From: Nitrospirota bacterium
GTDB taxonomy: Bacteria > Nitrospirota > UBA9217
Length of the DNA stretch: 64,000 nucleotides
Direction of reading: 5' to 3'
Assembly (NCBI GenBank): GCA_963818475.1
Contig: CAWFSF010000006.1
Location: 1,184,001 to 1,248,000, forward strand
Both the position numbers and the translations under genes were made by a program. Of the stretch, positions 30,295 through 43,800 are shown in pieces (positions within the stretch are counted from its first letter, which is position 1; every line of letters starts with the position of its first letter). Below the pieces are notes generated by a model that was not told the origin of the DNA, made no database searches, and worked only from the letters and a program-made list of their open reading frames with translations.

Positions 30295-31173
30295 TCAAGA
30301 AAAGACAAGTTCGGGCCTGATATCCCCTCTGATCAGCCTTCCCAGTGCCAGGAGTCTGCCTGAGGGGTCATGTATCCGTAGCAGGGAAGCAACACGCTGG
30401 GGCTCTTCCTGCCAGGGAACGCTGTTTCCATGCAGGATCCTGCCGGCATCAGGTTCATTCACTGCTACAGAGGGAATATCAGCAAGCGCTTCATCCATAG
30501 AAACCAGGGCTTGGTCGAGGGTGCCGGCAGCAGCGTGATCTGCAAGACGGCCCAGGGTAACTGCGTGGCCGATGGTAAATCGCCCGGAGCGGGTCCGTAC
30601 CAGTTTTGTGAGATGCGCCCCGGCCTGAAGGACCTCGCCCAGATCCGCACAGAGGCTCCTGATGTACACACCCTTGGAGCAGCGCACGGCAAGGCTCAGT
30701 GAAGGATCTTCAAAGGCCTGCAATTCGATGCTGGAGATAGTGACCGCCCGTGGTTTCAACGGTTCGGCCTTCCCCTGCCGGGCCAGTTTGTAGGACGGCA
30801 CACCCGAGACCTTTAAGGCAGAGTAGGCCGGCGGCTGCTGCATGATCGCACCGGTAAAACCCTCCAGCGCTTTCAGCACCTGTGCCCGGTCGGGCGGAAC
30901 ATAGGCCCGTGTCTCAAGAATACGGCCTTCGGCATCGAGCGTATCCGTGGTTTGGCCCAGACGCATGACCGCTTGATACTCTTTTTCCCCTGCTTCGAGA
31001 TACTGGGCGATGCGTGTTGCCTTGCCAACGCAGAGCACCAGCACACCGGTAGCCATGGGATCCAGGGTGCCCGTATGGCCGATCCGTTTCTCCTTAAGAA
31101 TCCTTCGCACAGCCTGAACAACGTCGTGTGACGTCATTCCTGACTGCTTATGAATGTTAAGAATGCCGTCCAT
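30295..31173 (-). CDS. truB: tRNA pseudouridine(55) synthase
   Basis: GMTSHDVV, GHTGTLDP.ATGVL, QQPP.YSA.K, CSKG.YIRSL. Confidence 0.95.
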   Translation of the reverse strand: MDGILNIHKQSGMTSHDVVQAVRRILKEKRIGHTGTLDPMATGVLVLCVGKATRIAQYLEAGEKEYQAVMRLGQTTDTLDAEGRILETRAYVPPDRAQVLKALEGFTGAIMQQPPAYSALKVSGVPSYKLARQGKAEPLKPRAVTISSIELQAFEDPSLSLAVRCSKGVYIRSLCADLGEVLQAGAHLTKLVRTRSGRFTIGHAVTLGRLADHAAAGTLDQALVSMDEALADIPSVAVNEPDAGRILHGNSVPWQEEPQRVASLLRIHDPSGRLLALGRLIRGDIRPELVFS

Positions 31174-31178
31174 GGGAT

Positions 31179-32150
31179 TCAGCTTCCCATCTGCGACAGA
31201 ATGACCTTCGCTACTTCACTGAGAACCTTGCGTTGAACATCCTCGAGCGTGCCATCCAGGGTGCTTCCAGCGGCATTCTTATGGCCTCCGCCTCCAAGTG
31301 CCTGTGCCAGGCCGGAAAGATCAACACGCCCCTTTGAGCGAAGACTGATCTTGTATTGCTTTTGGGCAGTCTGTCGAAACAGGATAGCCACTTCGACACC
31401 ATTCACCGACCTGACGTAATTAACAAAATTGTCAGTATCTTCTGCGGTTGTGCCGGTCTTTTGGAAAAGCTCATCGGTCACCACGACCCAGGCAATTTTG
31501 CCGTCAAGGGAACGCTGCATATCGCTCAACACGCTACCGAGCAATTTCAACCGTTTAAAGGAATACGATTCGTACACATTCTCGGTGACCAGCCAGGGGT
31601 CGGCTCCGGCTTCGAGCAGCGTAGCCGAGATCCTCATGCATTCAGGTGACGTATTTGAATAGCGGAAGGACCCCGTATCGGTAAAAATGGAGGTATACAG
31701 GCAGAGCGCCATATCCCGGTCGATGGGCAGGCCCGCCTGCATAACGAGCTTGAATATCATCTCTCCGGTGGCAGAGGCCGAAGCGTCCAGCCAGGTGAGG
31801 GGCCATACCAAAGGGTTCGTGATATGATGGTCGATATTGATGAGAGTGGCAGCGGGATAGTCGCCGGAGAACAAACCGGTGCGCGGAGGATCTGAATCAA
31901 GCACGATCATCGCATCGAATCGTCCTGCGACAGCCGATCCGGAGGTGATCCGGTCCTGGTGCGGAAGAAAACGGTAGATCTCGGGGACCGGATCAAGGTT
32001 GTGGGCAGTCACGGTCTTGCGCATCTTTTCGAGGGCGAGCATGAGCGCGATCTGGGATCCCAGTGCATCGCCGTCCGGACTTTTGTGTACAGAGATGAGG
32101 ATCGTGTTGCAGGAATGGAGGGCTGCTATGATCGTGCGTGAATCACTCAT
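31179..32150 (-). CDS. nrnA: DHH/DHHA1 phosphoesterase (nanoRNase/pAp phosphatase NrnA)
   Basis: HKSPDGDA, IDHH, TDTGSF, GGGGHKNAAG. Confidence 0.85.
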   Translation of the reverse strand: MSDSRTIIAALHSCNTILISVHKSPDGDALGSQIALMLALEKMRKTVTAHNLDPVPEIYRFLPHQDRITSGSAVAGRFDAMIVLDSDPPRTGLFSGDYPAATLINIDHHITNPLVWPLTWLDASASATGEMIFKLVMQAGLPIDRDMALCLYTSIFTDTGSFRYSNTSPECMRISATLLEAGADPWLVTENVYESYSFKRLKLLGSVLSDMQRSLDGKIAWVVVTDELFQKTGTTAEDTDNFVNYVRSVNGVEVAILFRQTAQKQYKISLRSKGRVDLSGLAQALGGGGHKNAAGSTLDGTLEDVQRKVLSEVAKVILSQMGS

Positions 32151-32523
32151 CGTGCGGCTTGTTTGGATCTTTTTCTTCTTCGATCGAACGCAGCAGCTCC
32201 ATGATATGTGCGCCCCGTTCAAGGGTCGGGTCGAAGCGGAACAACAGCTCCGGTACGAGGCGCAACCGCATGCGCCCGGCCAGTTCCGACCGGATAAATG
32301 GAATGGCGCTCTCCAGGCCTTTTAGCGTTTCTTTTTTGCTTTTCTCGTCCCCGTAGATGCTCACGAAGACCTTGGCATTTCTCAGATCGTGCGACACCTC
32401 GACGTCGGTGACCGTGACAAACCCGATGCGTGGATCCTTGATCTTCCGCATAAGGATTTCGGCGATTTCCTGCTTCATTTGGTCGCTTACGCGATCTGAT
32501 CTTTTAAAGGCTGGTTTTGACAT
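32143..32523 (-). CDS. rbfA: Ribosome-binding factor A
   Basis: IKDPRIGFVTVT.V.VS.DL..AKVF, LRLVPELLF. Confidence 0.95.
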   Translation of the reverse strand: MSKPAFKRSDRVSDQMKQEIAEILMRKIKDPRIGFVTVTDVEVSHDLRNAKVFVSIYGDEKSKKETLKGLESAIPFIRSELAGRMRLRLVPELLFRFDPTLERGAHIMELLRSIEEEKDPNKPHDE

Positions 32524-32599
32524 GATAAATTCAGGAGTCGGGAATCTGAAGGTTTCTCCGTTGCTGTTTTCTTACTTTTTATTTCTTTGTGCTGCTTTT

Positions 32600-32887
32600 T
32601 CAGAATAGCTCAATGTGATGATCGAGCAGGTCTAGTTCGGGAACGGCCCGTACGATATCGAGAACATGGTCAAGCGTCTTGTTCAGATGGGTCCTGTCGT
32701 TGCTGACCGCGGCAACTGCAAGAGTTGCCTTCTGCCAGAGGTCGTTGTCCTCAATCTCCGCCACCGAGACGTTGAACTTATTCCGGATCCTGTCCTTGAG
32801 ACTGCGGAGCGACTGACGCTTTGTCTTCAGCGATCCACTGTCCGGGATATGCACCTCAAAGGTGCAGACGCCGATAAACATTGCCAT
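32600..32887 (-). CDS. DUF503 (YlxP) family protein
   Basis: SLKTKR...KFNVSVAEI...DLWQ; usual position between infB and rbfA. Confidence 0.88.
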   Translation of the reverse strand: MAMFIGVCTFEVHIPDSGSLKTKRQSLRSLKDRIRNKFNVSVAEIEDNDLWQKATLAVAAVSNDRTHLNKTLDHVLDIVRAVPELDLLDHHIELF

Positions 32888-32923
32888 AGAGACACCCGGC
32901 TCCGGCTTGCGGGGAAAAGAACC

Positions 32924-35533
<2,610 letters not shown>

Positions 35534-35581
35534 AAACTCACATACCCCCGAAACTTCCTGAAAATAGGTGGTTATATTACT

Positions 35582-36163
35582 CTATTTTGACGCGCTTATC
35601 AAGTTTTTTAATCTATCTGTTTCATTGAAGATGGCATCGGCAAAACGGCTGTCCGTAATGCCGAGGATCCCGACCAGCTCCCGGTTGAGCAAGGCACCGA
35701 TCTCATCCTTGGTCAGGAACGCAGCCTGTCGCTTTGGTGCGGCGCCCGAGGCCATGATCTTCTCACGGGTGCCGTCAGAGAGGTCGGTGGCAAAGAGCAG
35801 CGCCTTGACCCTGCCCTTCTCCACGCCGTCATGCACCGCTGAATACCCCGATAACAACATGCCCGCCTTGGCCGCCATTACGATCAGGGATTTTACCTTC
35901 TCCGTGCTGCTGGCCAGGAGCATGGAGATGAACTCCTGCTCTGCAGGAGGGCTGGCCTTGCTGTTCAGGGACCGTGTCAGGTTCCCCTTGCCGAGAGCCT
36001 TGCGAATGCAGTCAATGCGCGGACATACATAAGCAGCCCGGCCCGGCAGTTTCTCGCGGTAATCGATCACGAACCCGGCCGGACCCGCCACGATTCGGAC
36101 GACCTCGTCCTTCTTGAACACGCCCCGGCATCCGATGCAGGTCCGTTCCGGTTGACGTTTCAT
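35582..36163 (-). CDS. YlxR (DUF448) - L7Ae/YlxQ fusion RNA-binding protein
   Basis: N-terminal PERTCIGCR...GRAAYVC...C; C-terminal MAAKAG..LSG...LFATDLS...EIGALL (L7Ae-like). Confidence 0.8.
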   Translation of the reverse strand: MKRQPERTCIGCRGVFKKDEVVRIVAGPAGFVIDYREKLPGRAAYVCPRIDCIRKALGKGNLTRSLNSKASPPAEQEFISMLLASSTEKVKSLIVMAAKAGMLLSGYSAVHDGVEKGRVKALLFATDLSDGTREKIMASGAAPKRQAAFLTKDEIGALLNRELVGILGITDSRFADAIFNETDRLKNLISASK

Positions 36164-36186
36164 TTTCTTCTCCGATATACCTGCCT

Positions 36187-37533
36187 TCAGTTCTTGAGCA
36201 TGGCCCGTGCAGCCATCAGAATTTTTTGCGCTGTTTTCTCACCAATGCCGGGAACAGCCAGAATATCCTCGTCCGTCATTGCGGCGACCTTTGCTATGGT
36301 GTCATACCCGGCCTGTGTTAGCTGCTCCGCGGTCTTTTTGCCGACTCCTTCGATGCCCAGTAAGGGCGATTCGGGAGACGATTCGTTGTCAGCGGCCGCG
36401 GCCGCTTCCATGCTTTCCGCAGCCTCGGTCTCTTCCGCCATCTTGCGTGTTTCCTCGACGATGGCAGCTTCGATCTCCTGCTCGCGCTCTTTCTGGCGTT
36501 CCTGGTCATACTCGGATTCGCTCAGAATATCGATCTTCCATCCGGTCAGTTTTGCGGCTAAACGGACGTTCTGGCCCTTTTTCCCGATAGCGAGCGAAAG
36601 CTGAGAATCAGCGACAACGGCAAGAGCTGAGCGGTCCTCTTCGGTAACGCCCACCTTTTCTACCACGGCAGGACTGAGCGCTTTGGCGATAAAGATGCGC
36701 GGGTCCGCCGACCAGGGGATAATATCGATCTTCTCGCCGCGAAGCTCCCGAACGACAGCCTGGACCCTCGAGCCTTTCATGCCGACGCAGGCGCCGACGG
36801 GGTCGACCTGGGACTCTTTCGAAGCAACGGCGATCTTCGTCCGGTCTCCGGCCTCGCGCACAACACCCTTCACTTCAACGATATTCTCGTATATCTCGGG
36901 GACTTCCATCTCAAAGAGGCGCGACACGAAGTCCGGATGGGCCCTTGAGAGCACCACCTGCGGCCCCTTGGAGGTGTCGCGCACTTCCATGACATAGGCC
37001 CTGACGCGGTCGCCCCTGCGGTAACTCTCTCGCGGCACCTGCTCGCGAGCAGGAAGCACCGCCTCGGTCTTTCCCAGGTCGATGTAGTAGGCGCCTTTCT
37101 CATGACGAAGGACGATGCCGTTCACCAACTGGCCGATCTTGTCGTTGAATTCCTTCAGGATCACATCGCGCTCGGCCTCGCGCACCTTCTGGACAATGAC
37201 CTGGCGGGCGGTCTGCGCTGCGATCCTGCCAAAACCGAGAAACTCGATCTGCAGAGGCACTTCACCGTCCATTTGCGCATCGGGATAGAGCGCCTGGGCA
37301 TCCTCGAGCGTGATCTCCTCATCAGGGTTCACGACCTCGGCCACGACCTTTTTGTAGGCATACATGATGATGTCGCCGCGCTTGGGGTCGATCTGAACGG
37401 CGATCCGCTGCGCGCCATGCTTTTTCTTGGCGGCACTCACGAGGGCGGATTCGACCGCCTCGATCACCATTTCCTTGGAGATGCCCTTTTCCTTGCTGAT
37501 CTGATCGATCACCTGAATTAATTCTTGACTCAT
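36187..37533 (-). CDS. nusA: Transcription termination/antitermination factor NusA
   Basis: FGRIAAQTARQ, DPVGACVGMKGSRV, AIGKKGQNVRLA; C-terminal HhH repeats. Confidence 0.97.
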   Translation of the reverse strand: MSQELIQVIDQISKEKGISKEMVIEAVESALVSAAKKKHGAQRIAVQIDPKRGDIIMYAYKKVVAEVVNPDEEITLEDAQALYPDAQMDGEVPLQIEFLGFGRIAAQTARQVIVQKVREAERDVILKEFNDKIGQLVNGIVLRHEKGAYYIDLGKTEAVLPAREQVPRESYRRGDRVRAYVMEVRDTSKGPQVVLSRAHPDFVSRLFEMEVPEIYENIVEVKGVVREAGDRTKIAVASKESQVDPVGACVGMKGSRVQAVVRELRGEKIDIIPWSADPRIFIAKALSPAVVEKVGVTEEDRSALAVVADSQLSLAIGKKGQNVRLAAKLTGWKIDILSESEYDQERQKEREQEIEAAIVEETRKMAEETEAAESMEAAAAADNESSPESPLLGIEGVGKKTAEQLTQAGYDTIAKVAAMTDEDILAVPGIGEKTAQKILMAARAMLKN

Positions 37534-37645
37534 GACTCCGTCGCCTCCTGAATATATATGCAGTCCTTATCAGGCTCCTGTGAAACCAAGGCTGCACTTG
37601 CGCATCCTGTGGATGCAGAATATGGAATTCTGAAGTTCGTCGCGC

Positions 37646-38107
37646 TTATAGCTCTACTTCGAGGGATGCTTTGGTGATCGCATCCAGGGCGAATTCCATG
37701 ACCGCCCCTTCGGTGACCTCTACCCTGACCAAGCCCGCTTCGGAGATCCCCAGCAGCTTTCCCCGAAAGACTTTTTGTCCGTCTATGGGCTGATAGACCT
37801 TTATCTTGACCGTGCTGCCGGAAAACCTCGTAAAGTGCTCCGGCTTCGACAGCGTCCGATCGAGGCCGGGAGACGATACTTCGAGCTGGTAGGCATGGGT
37901 GATGATATCTTCCACATCCAGGGCTGCGCTCAGATCGCGGCTTACGGACTCGCAGTCGTTCAAGGTAACGCCGGATTCCCGGTCGATATAGATCCTCAGG
38001 AGCCACTTCGGGCCCTGACGCTGAAATTCCAGATCCCAGAGCGCAAGGCCCAGGGAGGACAGAATCGGGTCAAGGAGTTGTCGTATATGGTCAACGACGT
38101 CAGCCAT
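37646..38107 (-). CDS. rimP: Ribosome maturation factor RimP
   Basis: LRIYID, DCE.VSR, YQLEVSSPGLDR.L. Confidence 0.95.
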   Translation of the reverse strand: MADVVDHIRQLLDPILSSLGLALWDLEFQRQGPKWLLRIYIDRESGVTLNDCESVSRDLSAALDVEDIITHAYQLEVSSPGLDRTLSKPEHFTRFSGSTVKIKVYQPIDGQKVFRGKLLGISEAGLVRVEVTEGAVMEFALDAITKASLEVEL

Positions 38108-38121
38108 TGCGTCCCCCAAAT

Positions 38122-38151
38122 AAAAAGAGTGGGCAAAAGAAATGCCCACCC
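38122..38151 (-). promoter_or_regulatory. rimP-leader terminator-like hairpin (attenuator)
   Basis: Minus strand GGGTGGGCA-TTTCTTT-TGCCCACTC-TTTTT just upstream of the rimP RBS. Confidence 0.7.
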
Positions 38152-38236
38152 TTCAGGATGTTCCCCAGAGTGATGTTGTTTTTTAACATACCGGCGCCGG
38201 GAATGCAAGGAAAAAATGGTGGAAGCAGGTATTATA

Positions 38237-40585
38237 TCAGTCAACCGAGAACGTGACCTCGCTGATCTGCCCCCCTGTTGTCTCTGCCCTGAGCCTGAAC
38301 GAACCCGTTTGCACGTTCCAATCGAGATAGTGGCGTTCACGGGTGCGGCCCAGCTCATGGCCGTTCAATGTCCAGATAACGACAGCCTGCGCAGGAGCGC
38401 CAATCGCCTCGAAGCGGAGCGTCTGATAGGTTGGCGCCAGATCGAGCGGTCTTTTGTACAACGAACCGGACGCGGGCCTGACGATATTAAAGACGGCATT
38501 TTCAGCATAGTGCGAGCTTTCTTTGGGCGCCATGGGCCGGTTGGTCTGACGCTGCCACAGTTCGTAGGCAGGAGGAAGGTCCTCGAACACGCGGTACTCT
38601 CCGGCACCCCCCTCCTGCTCCGAGTTGCGGACCAGCAGCCTGCGATGGACATCGCAGGGGGCAAGCCCGCTTTTTTCAAGATCCGGGCGCAAAAAAAGTT
38701 CGTTCACTCCATGGGGGCAATCAGGCCCGCGCTTCTTTCCCGATAGCGCGCAGACCTCGACCTCGACCAGTTCTTTCGGCTGCTCGAATTCCTGCGGCCC
38801 AGCCTTATCGTGGAGCATCAGCATTACCCGGCGAAAAAGCGGGCCTGCCCCGCTCACACCGGCAACCTGCTGCATGGGCACGCCGTTAAAGTTTCCGACC
38901 CAGACGCCGACCGTATAGTCCCGGGTATACCCGATGGTCCAGTTATCGCGGTAATTCCGCGAGGTACCTGTCTTGACAGCGCAGGGAAAGGGCATGCGAA
39001 GCACTGACTCCGGGCCGAACTCTGTTGCGCGTGCATAGGGGTCCTTCAGGATGCTCGTAACGAGATAGACCGCCTCGGGTGTGGATATACGACCCTTTGG
39101 TTCCCTTTGTACCCGCCGTCCTGGCGATGCGGCCGACAACCTCTCTGTAACCGGCACGAGTGACCCGCCCCGCGCGAGGGCCATATACGCCCTCGTCAGT
39201 TCATAGAGCGTCACCTCGCCGTCACCCAGCGCAAGCCCCACGCCATAATGTTCCGCATCAGCGGTCAGGGACGCGAACCCGAACTCGCGCAGCCGGGTCA
39301 AAACCGCATCAGGCCCCAGTTCTGCGGCAACGCGTACAGCCGGCACATTCAGTGAATTGGCGAGCGCTTCCCGGAGCCGCACGGGACCGTGAAACTGCTT
39401 ACTGTAATTCTGGGGTGAAAAATCGCCAACCGGCGTTGCGTAATGGACCTCGAGGTCCTGCAGAAGCGTGGCAGGAGTCATTCCCCGTTCAAGTGCCAGT
39501 CCGTAGATGAACGGTTTCAGCGTTGAACCAGGCTGGCGTAGCGCCTGCACGCCATCGTTCTGGCCTTCGGCTGTTATGTTGTCGAAATCCGCAGAACCTG
39601 CATAGGCAAGCACCTCGCCATTTCGGTTATCAAGTACCAGCACCGCGGCATTGGATACAACGCGGCCTTTGAGCTCGTACAAAACATCCCTGGCCTGCTG
39701 CTCCACCGCACGCTGGAGCGTGCTGTCCAAGGTCGTCCTGATCCTCGATGCCGTTCCGGGAATGGATGATAGGAGCCGCGTGATAAAATGCGGCGCAAGC
39801 CGCGGCCTTTGTGGTTGTTGAACCGTGATAACTTCCGCCTGAGCCAGCGTTTTGTCCTCGCTGGTGATAGCGCGAAGGGCCTCCATTCTTTCCAGAATAA
39901 AGGTTTGTCTGGACCTTACGAGTTCGATCTTTTTGTAGGGATCAAGCTTGGACGGCGCATTCGGGATGGCGGCAAGGAAGGAGGCCTGGGCAAGCGACAG
40001 GTCGGCAGCGGGCTTCCCAAAATAGGTGCGGGAGGCAGATTCGATCCCATAGAGCTGGTTCCCGAAAGGCAGCCTGCTGACATACTGTTCAAGAATTTCA
40101 TCCTTCGTCATTCCCGCTTCGAGACGATAGGCCAGGCGCACCTCGCGAAGTTTTTTTCCGAAAGTACGGGAGCCGGGTTCGAGCATTTTTGCGAGCTGCA
40201 GCGTAATGGTAGATGCGCCGGACCGTCGATAACGAGGAAGTGTGTTCTGAACTGCTGCGCGCGCGACAGCCCTCCAGTCCACACCGTCATGATCATAAAA
40301 TCTCCGGTCCTCTGCAGCGATCAAGGCGCTGATGAAATGAGGGGATATTTTTCTGAGCTTGACCGGATCGCTCCTGCCGTCGCGGCAGCGCACTTCCTGA
40401 AGCAGGATGCCTTTCCGGTCAGTGATCTTGAGGGAATGAAAAGGAGGGATATCCGCAGCATGGATGGGGTTGTCGCGTGCTTCGGAAAGCATGGTGCGAT
40501 AAAACGCAACTGCGGTCAGCATAATCAAGAAAATCAGTACTGCGAGCGAAGTATAAAGGGTTGTGCGATATTTATAATATGCCAT
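38237..40585 (-). CDS. pbpC: Penicillin-binding protein 1C
   Basis: TM anchor; transglycosylase EDRRF, GASTITLQLAK; transpeptidase GSTLK, SLN, KTGTS; C-terminal BiPBP domain; adjacent to the A2M gene. Confidence 0.92.
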   Translation of the reverse strand: MAYYKYRTTLYTSLAVLIFLIMLTAVAFYRTMLSEARDNPIHAADIPPFHSLKITDRKGILLQEVRCRDGRSDPVKLRKISPHFISALIAAEDRRFYDHDGVDWRAVARAAVQNTLPRYRRSGASTITLQLAKMLEPGSRTFGKKLREVRLAYRLEAGMTKDEILEQYVSRLPFGNQLYGIESASRTYFGKPAADLSLAQASFLAAIPNAPSKLDPYKKIELVRSRQTFILERMEALRAITSEDKTLAQAEVITVQQPQRPRLAPHFITRLLSSIPGTASRIRTTLDSTLQRAVEQQARDVLYELKGRVVSNAAVLVLDNRNGEVLAYAGSADFDNITAEGQNDGVQALRQPGSTLKPFIYGLALERGMTPATLLQDLEVHYATPVGDFSPQNYSKQFHGPVRLREALANSLNVPAVRVAAELGPDAVLTRLREFGFASLTADAEHYGVGLALGDGEVTLYELTRAYMALARGGSLVPVTERLSAASPGRRVQREPKGRISTPEAVYLVTSILKDPYARATEFGPESVLRMPFPCAVKTGTSRNYRDNWTIGYTRDYTVGVWVGNFNGVPMQQVAGVSGAGPLFRRVMLMLHDKAGPQEFEQPKELVEVEVCALSGKKRGPDCPHGVNELFLRPDLEKSGLAPCDVHRRLLVRNSEQEGGAGEYRVFEDLPPAYELWQRQTNRPMAPKESSHYAENAVFNIVRPASGSLYKRPLDLAPTYQTLRFEAIGAPAQAVVIWTLNGHELGRTRERHYLDWNVQTGSFRLRAETTGGQISEVTFSVD

Positions 40586-40742
40586 GATCTTCTACGAAAA
40601 TCTGTGTCGCTTAGAAGCGTCTACTTCTGGCCATCTGTGGCCAACTACTGTAATATTAAATTATTTTTCTGGCTGCCCTGTTTCACTTAAGTTATCTGAT
40701 TTTAAAGAATTAGATACAATACCATGATCCTATAAAGCTTGG

Positions 40743-40845
40743 AGCCGCGAAGGCGCGAAGGTCGCGAGGAAATCCTTAAGTTCTTGAATAAGAGAAAATA
40801 ACATTTTGTTTTTGCTGTCCTCGCGTTCTTCGCGCCTTCGCGGCT
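40743..40845. repeat. 8/9-mer-periodic inverted repeat (A2M-pbpC intergenic)
   Basis: 28-nt arms at 40743-40770 and 40818-40845, 26/28 complementary, built of three CGCGA(A/G)G units around an AT-rich spacer. Confidence 0.85.
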
Positions 40846-40882
40846 TCATAGTTATAAAAATATCATCAAAGCTGCTTTAGAG

Positions 40883-43800
40883 CTACGGCTCAGTTATACT
40901 GAACGTCCCCTCGGCGCCGCGGCCGAATTGCTCCGGTTCGTACATCAAGGTCGCTGTCGTACCGGGAAGTTCGAACACCCCCGGCGTTGTCGCGCGCGCC
41001 ATATACTTGTAGCGGTACACGCCGGCCGCTATCTCGTCGGCAAAGAGCTTCACCCCGTCATCATGGCGCTCCACGTGGTTAAAGGGATTGTAGTTGTACT
41101 TCCAGCCATACTCGTTCCGCTCGCTGCCCTGTTCCTCTTCGTCAGTCTCATATCTTTTTGATGTGGTCTTGAGGCTCGTATCGATCGGCTCCAGTCCTGC
41201 CGGCAGCGGGTCATCGACCACGAAGCGGTATCCGGCCTGAGGAACGATAACGGTCAGTTCAACCACTGCCACCTGCCCCAGCGGGATATCTTTTAGTGAC
41301 TCGCGTTCTATAGATGTCGATTTTGCAGCGTCAAAACGCGATATTTTACGCTCAACATAGAACCCCTCCTGCCTTGGCGGCTGCGGACCTGCGAGCTTAT
41401 AGGAATAGCGCATCGTATAATAAAGCGTACCCTTTCCTTTCTTCTGGATAGAAAGGTCGGAGGCCCCGGTCGGCAAGTCCTTTGCCTCTATGTTCCCTTC
41501 GGCCAGTTTCGTGTCATAGCCTTCGCGGTCAATCTCCATTACCTTTTTCCCTGCAAGCAGCACTGTCGCGGTATAGTCGGGTTCAACAGCCTCTTTCTTC
41601 TTGAGCACCATCAGAAGGGCGTCCAGTGCGGCGGCATTTTCGTAGGTGTATCTCCACCGTCCGTTCTTGCGTGCGTTCAGGATATACCTCGCCATTTTGG
41701 CAACAAAAGGATCATCGGGTTCTCTGAGCAGGAACAGGTCCAGCGCCTGACTGGTGTTGATCACAGGCGACGACATCCAGCTCCAGGACCCCGGCAGCTC
41801 GCCACGGTCCTCGACATGGGCTGTTGCTGCAGTGATGAACATGCTTTTTTTGATCTCGCCAAACAGGATGGCCGACTGCTCCTTCCAGGCAGGCAACTCC
41901 GACAGCAGCGCATCGAGCCTGATATGGGTATCAAAGGACAGTTCTTTTCTCCGTTTGTAATAATCCTGGTAATAGGATTCGTCGGACAGACCGATATGTT
42001 TCATGCCGCTCAGGATGTTGATCCGGTAATAGGCAATGCATCTCCATGAACAGAGGCGCATATAAGAGGGTATGTTCCTGAGCCTGTCCTTGAGGTAATT
42101 ACCGAGCTTTTCCTTCGCCTCTTTCGGCACATCGTAATGCAGTTCCTCTGCACGGGATAATATTTTTGCAATATAGGGCGAGATCCAGGGGTCCGATTCC
42201 CGGTCAGAGGCCCAGTACTTGAACCCGCCGTCCTCGTTCTGGAGCGACAGCACTTTCGCGAGGTTCGCCTTGATCACCTCGGGGATCGGCTTCGTTGCAT
42301 GAAGATCAAAGGCAAAGGTCTTCGAAAGCTCCTGCAGCTCCATGAGCGGCAAAAGCAGGCTTGCGGTCTGCTCAAGGCAGCCGTAGGGGTACGCCACCAG
42401 ATATTGCGCCCCTTCATCGAGCTGGGACAAGGCCGTGCTCGCCAGCGATACTGAGAGACCGCCTGAATCGGTCCTGATGCCGGTCGCAGGAATGTTCAGT
42501 TTTTCGAGGCTCTCCTTGTCGGTCTCGCCAACTGCCACTGTGGTCTCGGTCGGCGGCAGGTCCTGGACCGCCAGCGTAACCTGGACAGCATCGTCATGCG
42601 ACACCGTCTGTCCGCTCTTGTCCGTTCCTTCGAAATGCGAGGTAAACCTGAGCAGCGTGCTTCCCTTTGCGTTCGCCTTGTACGGGAACAGGACCTTGCG
42701 CGTTTCTCCTGCTTTCAGCTCAAGGGATGTGGTGAGCTCTTTTTCAGCACCGGCGAACGCGATCGAACCGTTCTTGTCTGGAAGCGAGGCTTTGATCGTC
42801 ACCAGTCCGCTCACCTCGCCTGACACCTGGACTGTTGCGCCTGCCTTGAAGCTGTCGCCAAGACGGGTGAACCTGGGAACAACCGGCCTGGTCACGAGTG
42901 GGAGCGATACGGTCGCCCCTGCTTTTCCGTCGCCAAAATAATCGTCTTTGGTCACGGCTACCGCCATGACCCGCCATTGCGTCAGGTTGTCAGGCAGCTT
43001 GAACATGATCGATGCCTTGCCGTCAGCATCAGTAATAAGCGAGGGATTATAATAAGCCAGATTCTGGAATACCTGACGCACCGAGACTCCCGGTGCCATC
43101 ATGTCCCCGCCTCCGCCGTCATTCCCCTTTTCCGAGAACTTCTGCTGATGCAGCAGGAACCTGCGATTGTCGCTCATGCGCACCGAAAGGCCTCGATGGG
43201 GATAGATGATCGAGACCAGGTCCGGCGGAGCATATCCCGTGAGCGCCAGGATCGCCTCGTCCACGACCATTACCACAAGCTCTCCTGATGGCACAGGTTT
43301 TCCAGTCCGGTCCTTTACCAGGAACTCCACCTTCAGTTCATCACCAGGCCTGGCGGTCTTTTTATCGGGAGCGACAGACACCTGAAGCCGCTTTTCTTCG
43401 GCAGAAACGGTAAAAGGCGCATAGCCGACCTTGAACTGATGGTCATCTTCGGGTTCCAGGCCTGAAGCGGGCGCGCCTTTTCGTACCAGTGCCACGCCGA
43501 CATAGGCGTTCGGGATCATTTCTTTGGTCACTATGAACTCGACCATCACGGCCCCGCCTTCTGCGAGCTGTTGTTTTTTGATGAAGAATTTCTCTCGCTC
43601 CACGGTAAAGAGCATTTCAGCCGCAGGATAGGGTGATTTGATCAAGGCACGGGCTGTCTCGCCCGGTACATAGCGGTCCTTGTCAAGCAGCACCTCGACG
43701 CGGTCGTATTCCGTGCCTGACCAGCCTACCATTTCGCGGCCCGTTGCATAGAAGGTCAGCCTTGCCTCGGTCCCGACATTCTCCCGGCCCTTGAACCCTG

